34,989 bases of DNA, taken from the sequence record DRR723986_13724; one strand, given 5' to 3'. Of this stretch, positions 1 through 9,742 are shown piece after piece. The notes beneath the pieces were generated by a model. It worked only from the letters and a program-made list of their open reading frames with translations. It was not told where the DNA came from and searched no databases. Each line of letters starts with the position of its first letter. The first letter of the stretch is position 1. Position numbers and translations under genes: made by a program.

Positions 1-124
1 ATCCCGGCCAAGCGCAGCGCGAGCCGGGATCGGGGGGCCTTTCAATCGGCTGAAAGGTTCAGCCACTGATCTTGCGCCAGGGTTCCCCGGCCCCGGATCT
101 CCGCTTCACTGCGTCCGGGGTGAC
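1..124. repeat. REP/REPIN-like palindromic element (alphaproteobacterial GTCATxCCGG...CCGGxxTGAC type), left end probably cut by the window edge
   Basis: Hairpin ATCCCGGC(1-8)/GCCGGGAT(23-30), hairpin CCTTTCA(38-44)/TGAAAGG(51-57), hairpin CCCCGGA(91-97)/TCCGGGG(114-120) followed by TGAC(121-124). The two ends are inverted relative to each other. Confidence 0.7.
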
Positions 125-183
125 CGAGGAGAGGACGCCCATGGAACAAGCGCTCGACCGTCAGCATTCAGGAACCTCCATTG

Positions 184-813
184 ATGCTCCAGAAGATCTT
201 CTACATATTCGTCAAGATCGCGGTCCTGTTCCTGCTCGGGCTGAACGTGCGTCGCAAGGAACTGCTGCCGGCCAAAGGTCCGGCCATCATCGTTGCCAAC
301 CACAACAGCCATCTGGATACGATGGTGCTGATGGCCTTGATGCCCCTGTCGAAGCTGAAGGACATCAAGCCGGTTGCGGCGGCAGATTATTTCTTCTCCT
401 CCCCTCTCAAGGCCTGGCTGTCGGAACATGTCCTCGGCATTATCCCGGTGGAGCGTGGCCGGAAAGAGAAGAATGTCGACCCGCTGGAAGGCTGCTACGA
501 GGTTCTGCGTCAGGGCAAGGTTCTGATCCTGTTTCCGGAAGGTTCGCGCGGCGAACCGGAACAGATGACGGATCTCAAGAAAGGCGTATCCTTTCTTGCC
601 GAACGGTTCCCGGAAGCACCGGTCGTGCCCGTCTTCACCCATGGTCTCGGCAAGGCCTTGCCGAAGGGATCGTTCCTGCTGGTGCCGTTCTTCTGCGATA
701 TTTTCGTCGGGGAACCAATTACTTGGAACGAGGACCGGACTCATTTTATGACCGGATTGAAGGAGCGCTTTAACGCTCTCTCGACGGAAAAGACCTTTGC
801 ATCCTGGGAATAG
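184..813 (+). CDS. lysophospholipid / 1-acyl-sn-glycerol-3-phosphate acyltransferase (PlsC family)
   Basis: Catalytic NHNSHLD (NHxxxxD) motif and FPEGSRG motif. ATG at 184 (ORF-track TTG at 181) with AGGA upstream. Confidence 0.92.
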   Translation: MLQKIFYIFVKIAVLFLLGLNVRRKELLPAKGPAIIVANHNSHLDTMVLMALMPLSKLKDIKPVAAADYFFSSPLKAWLSEHVLGIIPVERGRKEKNVDPLEGCYEVLRQGKVLILFPEGSRGEPEQMTDLKKGVSFLAERFPEAPVVPVFTHGLGKALPKGSFLLVPFFCDIFVGEPITWNEDRTHFMTGLKERFNALSTEKTFASWE

Positions 814-1357
814 TAAGTTGGCACTTTTCTGCCTGGCTGCGCTCTGGAGCTTTGCCGAGGCAACGCTGTTCTTCATCGCTCCTGACGCGCTTTTGAGCAT
901 CATCGCGCTTCGCTCCCTGGGCAAGGCCATGACAGCGGCGCTTCTGGCGTCCTTCGCGGCCGCGTTCGGCGGTCTGCTGGTCTGGACCTGCGCACAGCAT
1001 TTTCCGGAAGAAACGCTTCAGGTGCTGCTGCTGGTGCCAGGGATTTCGGGATCAACATTTGAAATGGCCAGGCAGCTGCTGCAGGCAGGCCTGTTCGAGG
1101 GATTGCTCGGGGGAGCCTTCAGCGGCATCCCTTACAAGGTTCTTTCGGCTGAAGCGGGCTACGCCTCGATCCCCGCACAATCGCTTTTTCTTGTCTCGCC
1201 GGTGGCACGGCTACCAAGGTTTGTCCTTGTCGCCTTGATTTCCTGGTCAGTGTCCCGGCTTGTCGGCGCCCGTCTCAGCGACAGGAGAAAGCTCGCCCTT
1301 TGCCTTGCAGTCTGGCCATTTGTCTATGCCAACTATTTTCTCACCGCGGGCTGGTGA
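797..1357 (+). CDS. YqaA/DedA-like (SNARE-associated) membrane protein
   Basis: Hydrophobic 186 aa with WSFAEATLFFIAPD and GIPYKV motifs typical of YqaA-like proteins. Overlaps the acyltransferase end by 17 bp; start uncertain. Confidence 0.7.
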   Translation: MHPGNSKLALFCLAALWSFAEATLFFIAPDALLSIIALRSLGKAMTAALLASFAAAFGGLLVWTCAQHFPEETLQVLLLVPGISGSTFEMARQLLQAGLFEGLLGGAFSGIPYKVLSAEAGYASIPAQSLFLVSPVARLPRFVLVALISWSVSRLVGARLSDRRKLALCLAVWPFVYANYFLTAGW

Positions 1358-1373
1358 GCGGACACGCGTCCCT

Positions 1374-2702
1374 TCACCCCACTTGTGACAGCAGCACCCC
1401 GCCAAGTGCCGCCGTCAGCAGCACCCAGATCAGCCCCACGTGAAACCGCAGGAGCAACAGGCCACACAGGGCCGCGAGGACCGGCACGCGCCAGTCGAGG
1501 CTGGCAAGGTCCGGGATCCAGAGTGTCACGACACCCCACTTTGTCGCCGTGACCTCTTCGAAGAAGACATGCAGCGCGAACCAGACCGACAGATTGAGCA
1601 CGACGCCGACCACCGCCGCTACGATGGCCGAAAGTGCCGACTTGAGCCTCGGCTGCGCCGAGATCCATTCGATGTAAGGCGCCCCGGCAAAGATCCAGAG
1701 AAAACAGGGAGCAAAGGTCGCCCAGAGCGCAACCAGCCCCCCTGCGAGACCAAGCAGAAGCCCACCTTCGTGAAAGGCCGCCAGAAAGCCGACGAACTGG
1801 GTCACCAGAATGAGCGGCCCCGGCGTTGTTTCCGCCAGACCCAGCCCGTCCATCATTTCACCGGCGCTCAGCCAGCCGTGAATGGCGACGACGTCCTGGG
1901 CCATATAGGCAAGCACCGCATAGGCGCCGCCAAAGGTGACGACAGCGAGCTTTGAAAAGAACCAGCCGATATCCGCCAGCAAGGGCACGTCGCCGGCCAG
2001 ATCCAGCAGCGCCAGCGGCGCGATCCAGATGAAGGCCCAGAGAAACACCGTGCGGAGCGTTTTCGTAATCGGTCTGCCAATCGCAACGACAGGCTCACCG
2101 AGGCTTTCAGTCTGCGCCAAGCTGAACGCGGCACCGTAAAGCCCGGCGGCCAGAACAATCAGCGGGAACGGCAGGGCCAGAAAGAAAATTCCGACAAAGG
2201 CCAGAGCTGCGATGACCCATTGCCGCCTGATGGTGAGTGCCCGTTTGGAGAGGCGCAGCAGCGCCTCCAGAACCACGATCAGGACGGCTGCCTTGATGCC
2301 CAGAAACAGCTGACTGACCAGCGGCACATTGCCGAAGGTTCCGTAAACCGCGGCAAGTGCGAAAATTGCGAGTGCGCCGGGAACGACAAACAGAAGGCCC
2401 GCCAGCAGACCACCGGCAACGCCGCGCAGTTTCCAGCCACAGTACGTCGCCAGTTGCATGGCTTCCGGACCCGGCAGCAACATGCAGAATCCGAGAGCGT
2501 TGACGTAGCTTTTTTCCGAAAGCCAGCCGGTCTCATCAACCAGCTTGCGGTGCATCAGCGCGATCTGTGCGGCCGGACCACCGAAAGACAGCAGACCAAT
2601 GCTGCCAAAGACGGATATCAGCCGCCGCCAGGATGCTTCCTGGTCGAAAGCTGTTCCATCCTTGCCCGGAGCGCCTTCACCAGATGCATGATGTGCGGTC
2701 AA
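1374..2702 (-). CDS. chrA: chromate efflux transporter (long-chain CHR family)
   Basis: Two homologous halves with SFGGPAAQIA...CMLLPGP and TFGGAYAVL...AETTPGP motifs; highly hydrophobic. Confidence 0.92.
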   Translation of the reverse strand: MTAHHASGEGAPGKDGTAFDQEASWRRLISVFGSIGLLSFGGPAAQIALMHRKLVDETGWLSEKSYVNALGFCMLLPGPEAMQLATYCGWKLRGVAGGLLAGLLFVVPGALAIFALAAVYGTFGNVPLVSQLFLGIKAAVLIVVLEALLRLSKRALTIRRQWVIAALAFVGIFFLALPFPLIVLAAGLYGAAFSLAQTESLGEPVVAIGRPITKTLRTVFLWAFIWIAPLALLDLAGDVPLLADIGWFFSKLAVVTFGGAYAVLAYMAQDVVAIHGWLSAGEMMDGLGLAETTPGPLILVTQFVGFLAAFHEGGLLLGLAGGLVALWATFAPCFLWIFAGAPYIEWISAQPRLKSALSAIVAAVVGVVLNLSVWFALHVFFEEVTATKWGVVTLWIPDLASLDWRVPVLAALCGLLLLRFHVGLIWVLLTAALGGVLLSQVG

Positions 2703-2855
2703 CGTGTCAGCCCTTTTCGTCGCAGACAGCCTGTCGTGACCTTCCTCTAGCGCATTCGGGATGGAAGGGTAACTGCAATCCTTACCCGAATGCCGTCAGA
2801 CCTGAACCGGTGCAACACAGTGGCAGGCGGCAGCGACCAGAGCCTGTATGAAGTG

Positions 2856-3191
2856 CTATCCCCTGACCGGATAGCGGTCAGGCTCCTCGAAGACATCGAT
2901 CACCTTGGTTCCGGCCTTGATGATCGCACTGTGCTCCGCCCCGCTGGGAATATCGTAGATAGCGCCCGGACCCATCGTCCTTGTTTCACCAGAGATGGTG
3001 AATTCGATCTCGCCGCTCAGGACAGTGCCCCATTGCGCCAGATGCGAATGCGGCGGCAGGACCATGTCCTTCACGAAATCGAAAAAAACGACCAGTCCGG
3101 CGTCCGAGCGCACTGCGTAGGATCTGACAACGTCCTCGGGAAAGGGAACATCGAGAGCGGGAAACTTTCGGATGAAATCTGGAAGCTGCAT
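2856..3191 (-). CDS. cupin domain protein
   Basis: PPHSH...WGTVLSGEIEF and IPSGAEHSA cupin metal-binding motifs; 111 aa; AGAGG ribosome-binding site. Confidence 0.85.
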   Translation of the reverse strand: MQLPDFIRKFPALDVPFPEDVVRSYAVRSDAGLVVFFDFVKDMVLPPHSHLAQWGTVLSGEIEFTISGETRTMGPGAIYDIPSGAEHSAIIKAGTKVIDVFEEPDRYPVRG

Positions 3192-3243
3192 GGACCTCTT
3201 GCCTCAAACGGATCGTGTTGAGGCAAGTCTGGACCAGGTCGGC

Positions 3244-5796
3244 CTATCCGTTCAAGACATCCTTCACAGTCGTCGCAAGCTGCTTCAGCGTGAAAGGCTT
3301 GGGCAGGAAGAAGAACTGTTCGCCCGGTGGCAGGTTTTCCTCGAAGGCGTCCTCGGCATAACCGGACACGAAGATGATCTTGAGGTCCGGCCGGGTCTTG
3401 CGCAGCTCGACCAGAAGCGTCGGCCCGTCCATTTCCGGCATGACCACATCGGAGACCACGAGATCGATCTTGCCGTCGGTCTCTTCCATGACCTCCAGTG
3501 CCTCGTTGCCCGAGCCCGCCTCGTAGACGGTGTAGCCGCGCGACGCGAGGGCACGGGCGCCAAAGGCACGCACGGCCTCCTCGTCTTCCACCAGCAGGAT
3601 CGACGCGGAACCGGTCAGATCCTTGACCTTTTCCGGCTCGACTTCCTTCGGCTCCGGCTTTTTCTTCTCCACGACCTTCGGAATGTGGCGTGGCAGGAAC
3701 AGACGGAACGTCGTGCCGACATCGACTTCGGAGGTACAGAAAATGAAACCGCCGGTCTGTTTGACGATGCCGTAAACCGTCGACAGGCCAAGGCCCGTTC
3801 CCTTGCCGACTTCCTTGGTGGAGAAGAACGGATCGAAGATCTTCTCCATCACGTCGGGCGGAATGCCGTGGCCCGTGTCGTCCACCTCGACAAGGGTGTA
3901 TTCGCCCGGTGGCATGCCGCGGATGTTGTCGAACTGAGTGCTTTCGGCTTCGTTGACGTTGCGCGTACGGATGGTCAGACGGCCACCGTCGGACATTGCA
4001 TCGCCCGCGTTTACCGCCAGGTTGACGATCACCTGCTCCAGCTGGTTCAGGTCGGCCATGACCGGCCACAGGTCCCGGCCGTGGATCACCTTCAGTTCCA
4101 CCTTCTCGCCCAGCAGGCGGTCAAGCAGGATGGAGAGATCTGCCAGAACGTCGTTCAGCTCCAGTTGCTGCGGACGCAGCGTCTGACGACGCGAGAAGGC
4201 CAGAAGCTGCCGCACGAGGCCGGCTGCACGGTTGGCGTTCTGCTTGATGTTCATGATGTCCTGGAAGGACGGATCGGTCGGCCTGTGGCTTGCCAGGAGC
4301 AGATCCGAGAAGCCGATGATCGCAGTCAGGACGTTGTTGAAGTCATGCGCGACACCCCCGGCCAGCTGGCCGATGGCCTGCATCTTCTGGCTCTGGGCGA
4401 ACTGGGCTTCCAGGGCTCGCTGCTGGGTGGTTTCAAGCGCGTAGACGATGGCGGCTTCGCCGTCACCCTCACCTTCCTGCACTGCGGAGACGTAGAAGGT
4501 TGCGGAACGCGGGTCATTGCCCTCGACCAGGGGAATGTCTATCGGCGCAATCTCGCCGATCCCGTTGGCAGCAGCCTGGAGAGATTTCGCCAGCTCCTGC
4601 CGCCCGCTCTCGGCCACATAAGCCTCCAGCTTGGGAGATTCGTCATCCGTATCGACCGCACCGAACAGCTTCAGGAACGGCGCGTTGGTTCTCAGGACCC
4701 GGCCTTCCTTGTCGAGCGAGGCAATGGCGATCGGCGTGTTGTTGAAGAAACGGGCAAAGCGGACTTCCGCCGCCCGAAGCGCCTCGGAGGCTTCCTCTCC
4801 GCGAGACCTGTTGAGAACCAGTGTGCGGCTGTCACCCGGCTGGCCGTTTTCACCGAAAGGCACACGGTGAAGCAGTCGTACCGGCAGGCCGCGTCCGTTG
4901 CGGGTGACGAAGTCGAGATCAAAGGTTTCGCTCTTGACCTCGCCCGCCTGACCCTTGATCGAGCGGATCAGCTCGGTGCCGTCGCCGCGCACGATGCTCG
5001 AAAGATCGAGGTCGCCGGCGTCGAACTGGGCAAGATCGTAGCCAAGCCAGTCGGCCAGGGTGGCGTTGAGATAGACGATGCGGCCTTCCGCATCACAGGA
5101 GAAGAAACCGGCCGGCGCGTGATCCAGGAAATTGATGACGCGCTGCAGTTCCTGAAACGAGTTTTCCTGTTCGGCCCGGTCGCGGGTGATATCGGCCAGC
5201 TGCCAGACCGCCATGGGCTTGCCACCGCCGCGTTCCTTGGACACCTGCAACGGGCGGATCGACACCCGATACCAGCGCGCAGCGCCGTCGGCCCTGCCGA
5301 GCGGGAACGGCATGCGGATCTCTTCTTGCGCCCTGCGGCTGTCGCGCATGGCCTGGGACAGGCGGAAAATGGCGTCGGCGGCATCCGGATCGGAGGAAAA
5401 CACACGCTCGACCACACGGATGTCGGCAGCGGTTTCAGCGCCGGTCAGATCAGCATAGGCCTTGTTGGCATAGACAAGCCGGCCGTCCAGGTCGGTAATG
5501 AGCGCTCCGTCTTCAAGAGTATCGACAAAAGCGGAGGCAAGCGGATTGGCTTCGCCTGGGCGGGCCGACAGACGCAGAAAGCCTATGGCTCCGGCAAACA
5601 GGCAGAAAACGCCGACGACAGCCAGGATACCGAGCAGCGCAAGAATAAACGGCTGCGCCACTTCGCGGTCCATGACCGCAAAGGCAGCAGCAGCGCCGAC
5701 GAGCAGCAGTGCGAGGCCTATGAGAAGGCCTATATTACCGGAACGTTCCGGGCGGCTGATCATCGGCCCGCTCGGCGTCCCGTCCATGTCACTCAT
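3244..5796 (-). CDS. cckA: cell-cycle hybrid histidine kinase CckA
   Basis: Two N-terminal TM helices, PAS domains, H-box [43 protein letters not shown], and a C-terminal receiver ([15 protein letters not shown]). Lies directly downstream of flhB. Confidence 0.93.
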   Translation of the reverse strand: MSDMDGTPSGPMISRPERSGNIGLLIGLALLLVGAAAAFAVMDREVAQPFILALLGILAVVGVFCLFAGAIGFLRLSARPGEANPLASAFVDTLEDGALITDLDGRLVYANKAYADLTGAETAADIRVVERVFSSDPDAADAIFRLSQAMRDSRRAQEEIRMPFPLGRADGAARWYRVSIRPLQVSKERGGGKPMAVWQLADITRDRAEQENSFQELQRVINFLDHAPAGFFSCDAEGRIVYLNATLADWLGYDLAQFDAGDLDLSSIVRGDGTELIRSIKGQAGEVKSETFDLDFVTRNGRGLPVRLLHRVPFGENGQPGDSRTLVLNRSRGEEASEALRAAEVRFARFFNNTPIAIASLDKEGRVLRTNAPFLKLFGAVDTDDESPKLEAYVAESGRQELAKSLQAAANGIGEIAPIDIPLVEGNDPRSATFYVSAVQEGEGDGEAAIVYALETTQQRALEAQFAQSQKMQAIGQLAGGVAHDFNNVLTAIIGFSDLLLASHRPTDPSFQDIMNIKQNANRAAGLVRQLLAFSRRQTLRPQQLELNDVLADLSILLDRLLGEKVELKVIHGRDLWPVMADLNQLEQVIVNLAVNAGDAMSDGGRLTIRTRNVNEAESTQFDNIRGMPPGEYTLVEVDDTGHGIPPDVMEKIFDPFFSTKEVGKGTGLGLSTVYGIVKQTGGFIFCTSEVDVGTTFRLFLPRHIPKVVEKKKPEPKEVEPEKVKDLTGSASILLVEDEEAVRAFGARALASRGYTVYEAGSGNEALEVMEETDGKIDLVVSDVVMPEMDGPTLLVELRKTRPDLKIIFVSGYAEDAFEENLPPGEQFFFLPKPFTLKQLATTVKDVLNG

Positions 5797-5949
5797 CAAT
5801 CCTGTCTCCCGGGCCCGATTCGGTTCTTGAAGGGGCCGTACATAAGCATTCTGTGCTTAATAGCCGATTTCAACTGATATGCGACCAAGTCCTGTTGAAA
5901 TTCACCTGTTTGCCGCGGACTTTTTCAGTCCGCTATCCTTGAGAGCAAC

Positions 5950-7029
5950 TTAGTTGGCACGCCAGGATGCGCGCTTGCGCATGCGGAAGACGAAGCCGAT
6001 GACTTCGGCAACGGCCTTGTAGTGTTCTTCCGGAACTTCCTGGTCGATCTCGACTGTCGCATAAAGCGCGCGGGCCAGAGGCGGATTTTCGACGACCGGA
6101 ATATCGCTTTCCTTGGCGAGCTCACGAATTTTGAGCGCGACCGCATCGGTACCTTTCGCAAGGCAGAGCGGTGCTCCCATGCCTTCTTCATACTTCAACG
6201 CCACAGCATAGTGCGTCGGGTTGGTCACGACCACTGTGGCCTGCGGCACCGCCGCCATCATGCGCTTGCGCGACCGCTCCATGCGCAGCTGGCGGATCTT
6301 GCCCTTGACCTGCGGATCACCTTCGGTCTGTTTGTATTCTTCCTTGACCTCGCGCAGGGACATCTTCTGCTTGTTGAACCATTTGTTGCGCTGGTAGATG
6401 AAGTCGGCCGCGGCGACCACCGTCATCACAGCCAGCACGGCAGCCAGAAGCTGCAGGATCAGGATCCGTGCCTCCTCCAGGATGATGTTCGTATCGGCGA
6501 ACACCATAACTTCCGCTTCGTCGCGGTGCGGCCACATCACCGCCACCATGATGGCGCCGACAACGGCGATCTTCACCATTCCCTTGGCAAAGTTGACGAG
6601 ACTGTCGGCGGAAAACAGCCGCTTGAAACCGGAAGCCGGTGAAACCTTCGAGAATTTCGGCTTGATCGTTTCCGCGGTCAGCAGTGGCTGGTGCTGCACG
6701 AGATTGCCCGCAACAGCCATGATTACCAGCGCCAGCAGCGGAATGCCGACGATAAGAGCCACCGACTGCCCCGTGTCCCGCCACAGGGCTTTCAGTGCGT
6801 AGCCGTCCACCGCAATCTGGTGGGCATGCTCCATGTAGCCCTTCATCAACTCGCCCAGCGACACGGCGGTGCTGGGCGCGAAAATGGCAATCATCAGCGT
6901 CGCACCGGCCAGTGTGAACCAGGTGCTGACTTCCTGAGATTTCGGTACGTCCCCCTTGTCATGCGCCTCTTTCAGGCGCTTGTGCGTGGGGTCCTCTGTT
7001 TTTTCCGAGTCGTCGGTATCGTCAGCCAT
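5950..7029 (-). CDS. flhB: flagellar export apparatus protein FlhB
   Basis: EKTEDPT N-terminus, KQTEGDP, and NPTH autocleavage motif. Confidence 0.98.
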   Translation of the reverse strand: MADDTDDSEKTEDPTHKRLKEAHDKGDVPKSQEVSTWFTLAGATLMIAIFAPSTAVSLGELMKGYMEHAHQIAVDGYALKALWRDTGQSVALIVGIPLLALVIMAVAGNLVQHQPLLTAETIKPKFSKVSPASGFKRLFSADSLVNFAKGMVKIAVVGAIMVAVMWPHRDEAEVMVFADTNIILEEARILILQLLAAVLAVMTVVAAADFIYQRNKWFNKQKMSLREVKEEYKQTEGDPQVKGKIRQLRMERSRKRMMAAVPQATVVVTNPTHYAVALKYEEGMGAPLCLAKGTDAVALKIRELAKESDIPVVENPPLARALYATVEIDQEVPEEHYKAVAEVIGFVFRMRKRASWRAN

Positions 7030-7038
7030 AGCGCAGCG

Positions 7039-7812
7039 CTACCCCACGATGAACTTGCCGAGCGATTCCTGAAAATGATCCAGATAGAACATCATCAGGG
7101 TTGCGATCAGCACCATGAGCAGGAACAGCCCGATCGCGATATTCACGGGCATGGCGATAAAGAAGATCTGCATCTGCGGCATCAGCTTGTTGAGCAGGCC
7201 AAGGCCGAAATAGAAAACCAGACCGACAACCAGAAAAGGCGCGCTCATGCGCACCGCGATGGAAAACACATGCGCAACGGTTTCCGTCGCGTTCTGTGAA
7301 AAGTCCCCGACCGGCGGAGCAAGGCCAGGCGGAAAGATCGTGAAACTGTCGTGGAGCGCCGCGATCACCAGGAAGTGGCTGTCGCTGACGAAGACCAGCG
7401 TAATACCGAGAATGGACAGGAAGTTGCCGAACAGCGCCCCCTGCTGGCCCTGGTTGGCGAAATCCGTTCCAAGCGCGAAGGCAAGGCCGGACTGGTTGGC
7501 CATGATCATGCCGGCGATCTGCAAGACGGACGTGATCATCTTGGCGCACAGGCCGATACCGAAGCCGATGGCCAGTTCTCCGAACAGGAGCGCAATCATG
7601 CGATAGGTATTGGATGTCAGGTCGGCAGGGTAATACTGCGAACCGTGGGGGTAGAGAACAATCGTCAACGCCAGGGCAATGGTCAGCCGAAACCGTGTCG
7701 GGATCGTGCTTTCGCCCAGAGCCGGCAGCAACATGACCATCGTGCCCATACGTGCAAACATCAGCATGAAGATGGCTGCGATGTTCGGCAGATAATCGAG
7801 CTGGATGGTCAT
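7039..7812 (-). CDS. fliR: flagellar export protein FliR
   Basis: Hydrophobic 257 aa; LLNKLMPQMQIFFIAMP motif; lies between fliQ and flhB. Confidence 0.96.
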   Translation of the reverse strand: MTIQLDYLPNIAAIFMLMFARMGTMVMLLPALGESTIPTRFRLTIALALTIVLYPHGSQYYPADLTSNTYRMIALLFGELAIGFGIGLCAKMITSVLQIAGMIMANQSGLAFALGTDFANQGQQGALFGNFLSILGITLVFVSDSHFLVIAALHDSFTIFPPGLAPPVGDFSQNATETVAHVFSIAVRMSAPFLVVGLVFYFGLGLLNKLMPQMQIFFIAMPVNIAIGLFLLMVLIATLMMFYLDHFQESLGKFIVG

Positions 7813-7825
7813 GAAGGTCCACGTC

Positions 7826-8092
7826 CTAACCGGTGGTCAGGATCATTTCGGCAACCCTGCCCATGAAGGCCTCCAGAACCTGGCTCATGAAGGGCAGCGC
7901 AATCAGGATCGTCACGAAGATCGCGAGGATCTTGGGAACGAAAACCAGTGTCATTTCCTGGATTTGCGTCAGAGCCTGGAACAAGGCGATGACGACACCC
8001 ACCAACAGACCGATGACCATGACCGGTCCGGCCACCAGGATCATGGTCCAAACGCCTTCACGGGCGAGATCGAGAACTTCACCAGCGGTCAT
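7826..8092 (-). CDS. fliQ: flagellar export protein FliQ
   Basis: FQALTQIQEMTLVFVPK signature. Confidence 0.97.
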   Translation of the reverse strand: MTAGEVLDLAREGVWTMILVAGPVMVIGLLVGVVIALFQALTQIQEMTLVFVPKILAIFVTILIALPFMSQVLEAFMGRVAEMILTTG

Positions 8093-8116
8093 CAAAGGCC
8101 CCCTTGCCGCATCGGA

Positions 8117-8437
8117 TCAGATCGGCATCCGCATGATTTCCTCATAGGCGGAAATCACTCGATCGCGAACGGCGACCATCGTTTCAAGAGCAACTTCCGT
8201 TTCGGCGATCGCGGTGACAACGTCGACCACGTCAGCCTTGCCCTCGACAAGGCCGACAGCCTTGTCATCTGCGACACGGCCCTTGTCGACGACACCGCCG
8301 ACAGCCTCTTCCACCAGCTTGGTAAAATCGAGACCGGCAGCTTCGGGAGCGCCCGCCTTGTCCTCGATCGCACGCGCCTGCTGCTGCAGCTTGGCGGCCA
8401 TCTGGTAGGCATTATTTGCGATCGACGGAGTAGACAT
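8117..8437 (-). CDS. fliE: flagellar hook-basal body protein FliE
   Basis: C-terminal VRDRVISAYEEIMRMPI signature. Confidence 0.96.
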   Translation of the reverse strand: MSTPSIANNAYQMAAKLQQQARAIEDKAGAPEAAGLDFTKLVEEAVGGVVDKGRVADDKAVGLVEGKADVVDVVTAIAETEVALETMVAVRDRVISAYEEIMRMPI

Positions 8438-8471
8438 GACTAAGGCTCCCTTCCCGGATTAGGACTGCCGC

Positions 8472-8882
8472 TCAGGCGCGCAGGATATCGATGGTCCGCT
8501 GCAGCATCCGCCGCGTGGAATCGATGACGTTCAGATTGGCTTCATAGGATCGCTGCGCTTCGCGCATGTCCGTCGTTTCAATCAGCGTGTTGACGTTGGG
8601 CTGCAGCACGTAACCGTTGGCATCGGCCGCCGGGTGCCCGGGCATGTGCACCGAACGGAAGTCCGTGTTGTCTTCCGCGATCTTGCCCAGCTCGACCATA
8701 TCAGCGCCCATTTCCCTGTCGAAATGGCTCTTGAAGGTCGGGATCTTGCGCCGGTACGGCAGTTCTTCAGGCGTCTTGGCAGTGGAGTTCGCATTCGCGA
8801 TGTTCTCCGCGATGATGCGCATGCGCCCGTTCTGAGCTCTCAACCCGCTTGCCGAGATGAACAGGGATTTGATCAGGTCCAT
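8472..8882 (-). CDS. flgC: flagellar basal-body rod protein FlgC
   Basis: IAENIANANS, PGHPAADANGYV and AQRSYEANL motifs. Confidence 0.97.
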   Translation of the reverse strand: MDLIKSLFISASGLRAQNGRMRIIAENIANANSTAKTPEELPYRRKIPTFKSHFDREMGADMVELGKIAEDNTDFRSVHMPGHPAADANGYVLQPNVNTLIETTDMREAQRSYEANLNVIDSTRRMLQRTIDILRA

Positions 8883-8914
8883 GTTATCGGTCCTCTAGCT
8901 TGTGCTGCCTTGCC

Positions 8915-9319
8915 TCATACACTCTTGGAAAGCGCGGTCCGGATCAGACCGAGCCCCTTGGTGTAAAGCGTTGTCGCAGCCTGGTAATCCATCTGGTTCT
9001 CGGTAATGTGCATCATCTGCTCTTCCAGATTGACGCTGTTGCCGCTCGGCGTGACTTCGAAGGTGTCGTCTTCCTCGATCTTGGCCGAACCGGTATTTCC
9101 CAGCTTCCCGGGAATGTGCCCGGCCACCGTCGTCGTCGTCGCCAGGTTCAGTGACTGCCGCCCGATGTGATCCTTGAAGGTATATTCCTTCACGTCCCGC
9201 GCCATGTATCCGGGCGTATCCGCGTTGGCGATGTTCTGCGCCAGCACGCTCTGTCTCGTCTGGTGCCACTGCATCTTGGATTTCAATGCCTGGAACAGCG
9301 GCAGATCCGTTATGGCCAT
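8915..9319 (-). CDS. flgB: flagellar basal-body rod protein FlgB
   Basis: AQNIANADTPGY and SGNSVNLEEQM motifs. Confidence 0.97.
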   Translation of the reverse strand: MAITDLPLFQALKSKMQWHQTRQSVLAQNIANADTPGYMARDVKEYTFKDHIGRQSLNLATTTTVAGHIPGKLGNTGSAKIEEDDTFEVTPSGNSVNLEEQMMHITENQMDYQAATTLYTKGLGLIRTALSKSV

Positions 9320-9324
9320 TCCGA

Positions 9325-9340
9325 TTCACCATTCGTTAAC
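9325..9340. promoter_or_regulatory. near-consensus CtrA box next to the flgB start
   Basis: TTCA-CCATTCG-TTAAC versus consensus TTAA-N7-TTAAC; overlaps GATTC at 9323-9327. Confidence 0.55.
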
Positions 9341-9345
9341 CAACC

Positions 9346-9360
9346 CGGCAATGATTGCCG
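9346..9360. promoter_or_regulatory. ftr-like (putative FlbD) palindrome
   Basis: CGGCAA-TGA-TTGCCG; the same GGCAA-N3-TTGCC core recurs at 9478, 22094 and 31029. Confidence 0.55.
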
Positions 9361-9369
9361 CTCAAATGG

Positions 9370-9385
9370 TTAATGAAAAGTTAAC
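9370..9385. promoter_or_regulatory. CtrA binding box in the flgB/fliO divergent promoter region
   Basis: Perfect TTAA-TGAAAAG-TTAAC; it also matches the consensus on the reverse strand. Confidence 0.85.
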
Positions 9386-9477
9386 AGCCATTTACCTCTT
9401 CCGGCCCAAACCCTTCAAAAACCAGTGGAGGAGGCAACTTTCCTTTGCATTTCGCAAAAAGAGAGGCGCCGCCAACA

Positions 9478-9490
9478 GGCAAAATTTGCC
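9478..9490. promoter_or_regulatory. ftr-like (putative FlbD) palindrome
   Basis: GGCAA-AAT-TTGCC. Confidence 0.5.
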
Positions 9491-9742
9491 TGCCTCTGTT
9501 AACTTTAAGTCCTAGAGAGATTCGAAGCAGATCAGCAAGCGGCTGAACCGGTACCGACGGGGCAAAACATTCCCGCCGCAACGGGGAAAAACAAAAAAGC
9601 CGAGAGGTTTGCGAGACAGGAGCCTGCACAGGCTCAACCGCCGGAATTACTGGGGATAAAGGCAAACCTCCCCAATTGAGGCAAAAAACCGGAGTAACCG
9701 GCACACGCGATCAAACCGCAAGCGGGGCGGCACGAGGGTAAG

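Noticed and set aside
1374-2702. chrA as part of a mobile metal-resistance island
   Set aside because: There is no chrB/chrC, transposase or obvious compositional shift; stand-alone chromosomal CHR genes are common.
2856-3191. Cupin as a DMSP lyase (DddW/K/Q-like)
   Set aside because: Only generic cupin motifs are visible, with no specific similarity or genomic context; a profile search would be needed.
3172-5877. 901-aa + strand ORF
   Set aside because: It is the antisense shadow of cckA. High-GC codon bias removes stops on the opposite strand, and it has no recognisable motifs.
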